Part shown: one piece after another, positions 56,201 through 64,000 of the stretch
Layout of the letters: every line of letters starts with the position of its first letter
Position numbering within the stretch: the stretch's first letter is position 1
NCBI GenBank assembly: GCA_964016885.1
Contig: OZ024741.1
Location: 245,768,001-245,832,000 of the forward strand
Length of the DNA stretch: 64,000 bases
DNA from: Eledone cirrhosa
Taxonomy: Eukaryota
Direction: 5' to 3'
Notes under the pieces: model-generated
The model's database searches: none
The model's input: the letters and a program-made list of their open reading frames with translations, nothing else
Told to the model about the DNA's origin: nothing
Program-made: the position numbers and the translations under genes

Positions 56201-59200
56201 GGGAAATTATCTCCCCTTGGACGGCTGGAAATTATCTGCCCTTGATTTTCTTTTTACAAATTAACTTCCACTGATTTTTTTTACAAATTATCTCCACCTG
56301 ATTTTTTTAAAAATTATCTCCCCTTGGAAGGCTGGAAATTATCTCCCCTTGGCTGGAAATTATCTCCCCTTGGACGGCTAGAAATTATCTCTCTTTGGAC
56401 GGCTGGAAATTATCACCCCTTGAGTTTTTTACAAATTATCTCCCCCTGATTTTTTTTACAAATCTCCCAGTGATTTTTAAAAAAAAATTATCTTCCCTTC
56501 GCTGGCTGGAAATTATCTCCCCTTGGACGCTGGAAATTATAGCCCCTTGGAGGGCTGGAAATTATCTTCCCTTGGACGGCTGGAAATTACCTCCCCTTGA
56601 TTTTTTTTACAAATTATCTCCCCCTGATTTTTTTTTACAAATTATATCCCCCTGATTTTTTTTTACAACTTATCTGCGCCTGATTTTTTTAAAAAAATTA
56701 TCTCCCCTTGGACGGCTGGAAATTATCTCCCTTTGGACGGCTGGAAATTATCTCTCCTTGGACGGCTAGAATTTACCTCTCCTTGGACGGCTGAAAATTA
56801 TCTCCCCTTGGACGGCTGGAAATTATCTCCCCTTGATTTTTTTTACAAATTATCTCCCCCTGATTTTTTTTTACAAATTATGTCCCCCTGATTTTTTTAC
56901 AAATTATCTCCCACTGATTTTTTTTACAAATTATCTCCGCCTGATTTTTTTAAATATTATCTCTCCTTGGCTGGCGGGAAATTATCTCCCCTTGGACGGC
57001 TGGAAATTATCTCCCCTTGGAAGGATGGAAATTATCTCCCCTTGGACGGCTGGAAATTATCTACCCCTGATTTTTTTTACAAATTATCTCCCCCTGATTT
57101 TTTTTACAAATTATCTCCCCCTGATTTTTTTTACAAATTATCTACCCCTGATTTTTTTTACAAATTATCTCCCCCTGATTTTTTTACAAATTATCTCCCC
57201 CTGATTTTTTTTACAATCTCCGCCTGATTTTTTTAAAAATTGTCTTCCCTTGGCTGGCTGGAAATTATCTCCCCTTGGACACTGGAAATTATAGCCCCTT
57301 GGAGGGCTGGAAATTATCTTCCCTTGGACGGCTGGAAATTATCTCCCCTTGATTTTTTTTACAAATTATCTCCGCCTGATTTTTTTTTACAAATTATCTC
57401 CCCCTGATTTTTTTTTACAAATTATCTACCCCTGATTTTTTTTTACAAATTATCTCCCCCTGATTTTTTTTACAAATTATCTCCCCCTGATTTTTCTTTT
57501 ACAAATTATCTCCCCCTGATTTTTTTACAAATTATCTCCCCCTGATTTTTTTTACAAATTATCTCCGCCTGATTTTTTTAAATATTATCTTCCCTTGGCT
57601 GGCGGGAAATTATCTCCCCTTGGACGGCTGGAAATTATCTGCCCTTGATTTTCTTTTTACAAATTATCTTCCACTGATTTTTTTTACAAATTATCTCCAC
57701 CTGATTTTTTAAAAAATTATCTCCCCTTGGAAGGCTGGAAATTATCTCCCCTTGGACGGCTGGAAATTATCTCCCCTTGGACGGCTAGAAATTATCTCTC
57801 CTTGGACGGCTGAAAATTATCTCCCCTTGGACGGCTGCAAATTATCTCCCCTTGATTTTTTTTACAAATTATCTCCCCCTGATTTTTTTTACAAATTATC
57901 TCCCCCTGATTTTTTTACAAATTATCTACCCCTGATTTTTTTTACAAATTATCTCCCCCTGATTTTTTTTTACAAATTATCTCCCCCTGATTTTTTTTTA
58001 CAAATTATCTCCCCCTGATTTTTTTTTACAAATTATCTCCCCCTGATTTTTTTACAAATTATCTCCCCCTGATTTTTTTTACAATCTCCGCCTGATTTTT
58101 TTAAAAATTATCTTCCCTTGGCTGGCGGGAAATTATCTCCCCTTGGACGGCTGGAAATTATCTCCCCTTGGAAGGATGGAAATTATCTCCCCTTGGACGG
58201 CTGGAAATTATCTCCCCTTGCACGGCTGGAAATTATCTCCCCTTGGCTGGAAATTATCTCCCCTTGGACGGCTAGAAATTATCTCTCTTTGGACGGCTGG
58301 AAATTATCTCCCTTTGATTTTTTTTACAAATTATCTCCCTCTGATTTTTTTTACAAATCTCCCCCTGATTTTTTTAAAAAAATTATCTCCCCTTCGCTGG
58401 CTGGAAATTATCTTCCCTTGGACGGCTGGAAATTATCTCCCCTTGATTTTTTTTACAAATTATCTCCGCCTGATTTTTTTTTAAAATTATCTCTCCTTGG
58501 ACGGCTGGAAATTATCTCCCCTTGATTTTTTTTACAAATAATCTCCCCCTGATTTTTTTTTATAAATTATCTCCCCCTGATTTTTTTTTACAAATTATCT
58601 ACCCCTGATTTTTTTTTACAAATTATCTCCCCCTGATTTTTTTTACAAATTATCTCCCCCTGATTTTTCTTTTACAAATTATCTCCCCCTGATTTTTTTA
58701 CAAATTATCTCCCCCTGATTTTTTTTACAAATTGTCTCCGCCTGATTTTTTTAAATATTATCTTCCCTTGGCTGGCGGGAAATTACCTCCCCTTGGACGG
58801 CTGGAAATTATCTGCCCTTGATTTTCTTTTTACAAATTATCTTCCACTGATTTTTTTTACAAATTATCTCCACCTGATTTTTTAAAAAATTATCTCCCCT
58901 TGGAAGGCTGGAAATTATCTCCCCTTGGACGGCTAGAAATTATCTCTCTTTGGACGGCTGGAAATTATCACCCCTTGAGTTTTTTACAAATTATCTCCCC
59001 CTGATTTTTTTTACAAATCTCCCAGTGATTTTTTAAAAAAAATTATCTCCCCTTCGCTGGCTGGAAATTATCTCCCCTTGGACGCTGGAAATTATAGCCC
59101 CTTGGAGGGCTGGAAATTATCTTCCCTTGGACGGCTGGAAATTATCTCCCCTTGGACGGCTGGAAATTATCTCTCCTTGGACGGCTAGAATTTACCTCTC

Positions 59201-62200
59201 CTTGGACGGCTGAAAATTATCTCCCCTTGAACGGCTGGAAATTATCTCCCCTTGATTTTTTTTACAAATTATCTCCCCCTTTTTTTTTTTTACAAATTAT
59301 CTCCCCCTGATTTTTTTTTACAAATTATCTCCCCCTGATTTTTTTTTACAAATTATCTCCCCCTGATTTTTTTTACAAATTATCTCCCCCCTGATTTTTT
59401 TACAAATTATCTCCCCTTGGCTGGTTGGAAATTATCTCCCCTTGGAGGCTGGAACTTATCTCCCCTTGGACGGCTAGAAATTACCTCTCCTTGGACGGCT
59501 GGAAAATATGTCTCCTTGGACGGCTGGATATTATCTCCCCTTGGACGGCTGGAAATTATCTCCCATTGGACGGCTGGAAATTATCTCCCCTTGGATGGCT
59601 AGATATTACCTCCCCTTGGACGGCTGGAAATTATCTCCCCTTGATTTTTTTAACAAATTATCTCCCCCTGATTTTTTTTACAAATTATCTCCCCCTGATT
59701 TTTTTTAAAAAATTATCTCCCCCTGATTTTTGTTTACAAATTATCTCCGCCTGATTTTTTTTAACAAATTATCTCCCCTTGGACGGCTGGAAATTATCTC
59801 CCCTTGGACGGCTGGAAATTATATCTCCTTGGACGGCTAGAATTTACCTCTCCTTGGACGGCTGAAAATTATCTCCCCTTGGACGGCTGGAAATTATCTC
59901 CCCTTGATTTTTTTTACAAATTATCTCCCCCTGATTTTTTTTTACAAATTATCTCCCCCTGATTTTTTTTTACAAATTATCTCCCCCTGATTTTTTTTTA
60001 CAAATTATCTCCCCCTGATTTTTTTACAAATTATCTCCCCTTGGCTGGCTGGAAATTATCTCCCCTTGGAGGCTGGAACTTATCTCCACTTGGACGGCTA
60101 GAAATTACCTCTCCTTGGACGGCTGGAAAATATGTCTCCTTGGACGGCTGGATATTATCTCCCCTTGGACGGCTGGAAATTATCTCCCCTTGGACGGCTG
60201 GAAATTATCTCCCCTTGGATGGCTAGATATTACCTCCCCTTGGACGGCTGGAAATTATCTCCCCTTGATTTTTTTTACAAATTATCTCCCCCTGATTTTT
60301 TTTTACAAATTATCTCCCCCTGATTTTTTTTTACAAATTATCTCCCCCTGATTTTTGTTTACAAATTATCTCCGCCTGATTTTTTTTTTTAAATTATCTC
60401 CCCTTGGACGGCTGGAAATTATCTCCCCTTGGACGGCTAGAAATTACCTCTCCTTGGACGGCTGAAAATTATCTCCCCTTGGACGGCTGGAAATTATCTC
60501 CCCTTGATTTTTTTACAAATTATCTCCCCCTGATTTTTTTTTTACAAATTATCTCCCCCTGATTTTTTTTTACAAATTATCTACCCCTGATTTTTTTTTA
60601 CAAATTATCTCCCCCTGATTTTTTTTTACAAATTATCTACCCCTGATTTTTTTTACAAATTATCTCCCCCTGATTTTTTTTACAAATTATCTCCCCCTGA
60701 TTTTTTTTTTACAAATTATCTCCCCCTGATTTTTTTACAAATTATCTCCCCCTGATTTTTTTTACAAATTATCTCCGCCGGATTTTTTTAAATATTATCT
60801 TCCCTTGGCTTGCGGGAAATTATCTCCCCTTGGACGGCTGAAAATTATCTCCCCTTGGACGGCTGGAAATTATCTCCCCTTGATTTTTTTTACAAATTAT
60901 CTCCCCCTGATTTTTTTTTACAAATTATCTCCCCCTGATTTTTTTTACAAATTATCTCCCCCTGATTTTTTTTACAAATTATCTCCCCCTGATTTTTTTT
61001 ACAAATTATCTCCCCCTGATTTTTTTTTACAAATTATCTCCCCCTGATTTTTTTACAAATTATCTCCCCCTGATTTTTTTTACAAATTATCTCCGCCTGA
61101 TTTTTTAAAATATTATCTTCCCTTGGCTGGCGGGAAATTATCTCCCCTTGGACGGCTGGAAATTATCTGCCCTTGATTTTCTTTTTACAAATTAACTTCC
61201 ACTGATTTTTTTTACAAATTATCTCCACCTGATTTTTTTAAAAATTATCTCCCCTTGGAAGGCTGGAAATTATCTCCCCTTGGCTGGAAATTATCTCCCC
61301 TTGGACGGCTAGAAATTATCTCTCTTTGGACGGCTGGAAATTATCACCCCTTGAGTTTTTTACAAATTATCTCCCCCTGATTTTTTTTACAAATCTCCCA
61401 GTGATTTTTAAAAAAAAATTATCTTCCCTTCGCTGGCTGGAAATTATCTCCCCTTGGACGCTGGAAATTATAGCCCCTTGGAGGGCTGGAAATTATCTTC
61501 CCTTGGACGGCTGGAAATTACCTCCCCTTGATTTTTTTTACAAATTATCTCCCCCTGATTTTTTTTTACAAATTATATCCCCCTGATTTTTTTTTACAAC
61601 TTATCTGCGCCTGATTTTTTTAAAAAAATTATCTCCCCTTGGACGGCTGGAAATTATCTCCCTTTGGACGGCTGGAAATTATCTCTCCTTGGACGGCTAG
61701 AATTTACCTCTCCTTGGACGGCTGAAAATTATCTCCCCTTGGACGGCTGGAAATTATCTCCCCTTGATTTTTTTTACAAATTATCTCCCCCTGATTTTTT
61801 TTTACAAATTATGTCCCCCTGATTTTTTTACAAATTATCTCCCACTGATTTTTTTTACAAATTATCTCCGCCTGATTTTTTTAAATATTATCTCTCCTTG
61901 GCTGGCGGGAAATTATCTCCCCTTGGACGGCTGGAAATTATCTCCCCTTGGAAGGATGGAAATTATCTCCCCTTGGACGGCTGGAAATTATCTACCCCTG
62001 ATTTTTTTTACAAATTATCTCCCCCTGATTTTTTTTACAAATTATCTCCCCCTGATTTTTTTTACAAATTATCTACCCCTGATTTTTTTTACAAATTATC
62101 TCCCCCTGATTTTTTTACAAATTATCTCCCCCTGATTTTTTTTACAATCTCCGCCTGATTTTTTTAAAAATTGTCTTCCCTTGGCTGGCTGGAAATTATC

Positions 62201-63835
62201 TCCCCTTGGACACTGGAAATTATAGCCCCTTGGAGGGCTGGAAATTATCTTCCCTTGGACGGCTGGAAATTATCTCCCCTTGATTTTTTTTACAAATTAT
62301 CTCCGCCTGATTTTTTTTTACAAATTATCTCCCCCTGATTTTTTTTTACAAATTATCTACCCCTGATTTTTTTTTACAAATTATCTCCCCCTGATTTTTT
62401 TTACAAATTATCTCCCCCTGATTTTTCTTTTACAAATTATCTCCCCCTGATTTTTTTACAAATTATCTCCCCCTGATTTTTTTTACAAATTATCTCCGCC
62501 TGATTTTTTTAAATATTATCTTCCCTTGGCTGGCGGGAAATTATCTCCCCTTGGACGGCTGGAAATTATCTGCCCTTGATTTTCTTTTTACAAATTATCT
62601 TCCACTGATTTTTTTTACAAATTATCTCCACCTGATTTTTTAAAAAATTATCTCCCCTTGGAAGGCTGGAAATTATCTCCCCTTGGACGGCTGGAAATTA
62701 TCTCCCCTTGGACGGCTAGAAATTATCTCTCCTTGGACGGCTGAAAATTATCTCCCCTTGGACGGCTGCAAATTATCTCCCCTTGATTTTTTTTACAAAT
62801 TATCTCCCCCTGATTTTTTTTACAAATTATCTCCCCCTGATTTTTTTACAAATTATCTACCCCTGATTTTTTTTACAAATTATCTCCCCCTGATTTTTTT
62901 TTACAAATTATCTCCCCCTGATTTTTTTTTACAAATTATCTCCCCCTGATTTTTTTTTAATAAATTATCTCCCCCTGATTTTTTTACAAATTATCTCCCC
63001 CTGATTTTTTTTACAATCTCCGCCTGATTTTTTTAAAAATTATCTTCCCTTGGCTGGCGGGAAATTATCTCCCCTTGGACGGCTGGAAATTATCTCCCCT
63101 TGGAAGGATGGAAATTATCTCCCCTTGGACGGCTGGAAATTATCTCCCCTTGCACGGCTGGAAATTATCTCCCCTTGGCTGGAAATTATCTCCCCTTGGA
63201 CGGCTAGAAATTATCTCTCTTTGGACGGCTGGAAATTATCTCCCTTTGATTTTTTTTACAAATTATCTCCCTCTGATTTTTTTTACAAATCTCCCCCTGA
63301 TTTTTTTAAAAAAATTATCTCCCCTTCGCTGGCTGGAAATTATCTTCCCTTGGACGGCTGGAAATTATCTCCCCTTGATTTTTTTTACAAATTATCTCCG
63401 CCTGATTTTTTTTTAAAATTATCTCTCCTTGGACGGCTGGAAATTATCTCCCCTTGATTTTTTTTACAAATAATCTCCCCCTGATTTTTTTTTATAAATT
63501 ATCTCCCCCTGATTTTTTTTTACAAATTATCTACCCCTGATTTTTTTTTACAAATTATCTCCCCCTGATTTTTTTTACAAATTATCTCCCCCTGATTTTT
63601 CTTTTACAAATTATCTCCCCCTGATTTTTTTACAAATTATCTCCCCCTGATTTTTTTTACAAATTGTCTCCGCCTGATTTTTTTAAATATTATCTTCCCT
63701 TGGCTGGCGGGAAATTACCTCCCCTTGGACGGCTGGAAATTATCTGCCCTTGATTTTCTTTTTACAAATTATCTTCCACTGATTTTTTTTACAAATTATC
63801 TCCACCTGATTTTTTAAAAAATTATCTCCCCTTGG
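46203..63835 (+). repeat. Copy 2 of the ~46.2-kb-offset duplication, carrying one extra 4931-bp unit
   Basis: Same landmarks as copy 1. 11970 corresponds to 63050 at offset 51080 = 46149 + 4931. Confidence 0.9.
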
Positions 63836-64000
63836 AAGGCTGGAAATTATCTCCCCTTGGACGGCTAGAAATTATCTCTCTTTGGACGGCTGGAAATTAT
63901 CACCCCTTGAGTTTTTTACAAATTATCTCCCCCTGATTTTTTTTACAAATCTCCCAGTGATTTTTTAAAAAAAATTATCTCCCCTTCGCTGGCTGGAAAT
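51931..64000 (+). repeat. Tandem 4931-bp higher-order repeat, ~2.4 copies (units start at ~51931, ~56890, ~61821)
   Basis: Landmarks 52821/57752/62683, 53187/58118/63050, 54486/59417, 55874/60805 and 56967/61898 are all spaced 4931-4932 bp. Confidence 0.95.

Larger units (their letters stand above)
1..64000 (+). repeat. Composite tandem satellite array of two related monomers (25-bp type A, 26-29-bp type B) sharing the core AAATTATCTCCCCYTG; extends past both window edges
   Basis: The core recurs every ~21-29 bp from the first line to the last, always in the same orientation. I saw no non-repeat sequence. Confidence 0.99.

Noticed and set aside
424-63457. The many short + strand ORFs (61-163 aa; WKLSPLG / FFYKLSPPD repeats)
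   Set aside because: The consensus A monomer has no stop codon in any + frame, and 27-bp B units leave two frames open. The ORFs mostly begin at the repeat's TTG, overlap in all three frames and frameshift with T-tract length. Minus-strand ORFs are largely absent because each core contains TAA. They are artefacts.
1-64000. CRISPR-like repeat-spacer array
   Set aside because: The constant part is only ~16 bp, the linkers are 9-13 bp of just two types rather than unique spacers, and there is no leader or cas gene.
1-64000. Telomerase-synthesised long telomeric repeat (as in budding yeasts with 23-25-bp units)
   Set aside because: It matches no telomere repeat I recognise. Multi-kilobase duplications with inherited variants point to recombination-based amplification rather than templated addition.
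1-64000. Plasmid/phage iterons or prokaryotic Shine-Dalgarno-like GGAG sites on the - strand
   Set aside because: No rep gene or downstream ORF is present, and the scale (thousands of units) is far beyond iteron clusters.
1-64000. Pure sequencing or assembly artefact, or synthetic concatemer
   Set aside because: Hierarchically shared and private variants form a consistent duplication history. The exact copy number of the near-identical 4931-bp and 1.8-kb units still needs read validation.

Overview
The whole 64 kb is one uninterrupted, single-orientation tandem satellite array. I find no credible genes, RNA genes, transposons or unique spacers. It is built from two monomer types that share a ~16-bp core, AAATTATCTCCCC(T/C)TG. 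Type A is 25 bp (GGAAATTATCTCCCCTTGGACGGCT). Type B is 26-29 bp (ACAAATTATCTCCCCCTGA plus mostly T7-10). Runs of A and runs of B alternate, and position-specific variant monomers form recurrent multi-monomer 'words'. These nest into higher-order repeats of about 333 bp, 625 bp, 1.8 kb and 4.93 kb, dispersed duplications at offsets of about 3, 6, 6.7, 8 and 28 kb, and a ~46.2-kb offset duplication. Private variants allow several duplication events to be ordered and one crossover to be mapped. All listed ORFs are repeat artefacts. The organism and the function (centromeric, subtelomeric or other heterochromatin) cannot be determined from the sequence. A eukaryotic satellite is the most likely reading, by inference. 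Boundaries were read by eye and are approximate to within about one monomer.
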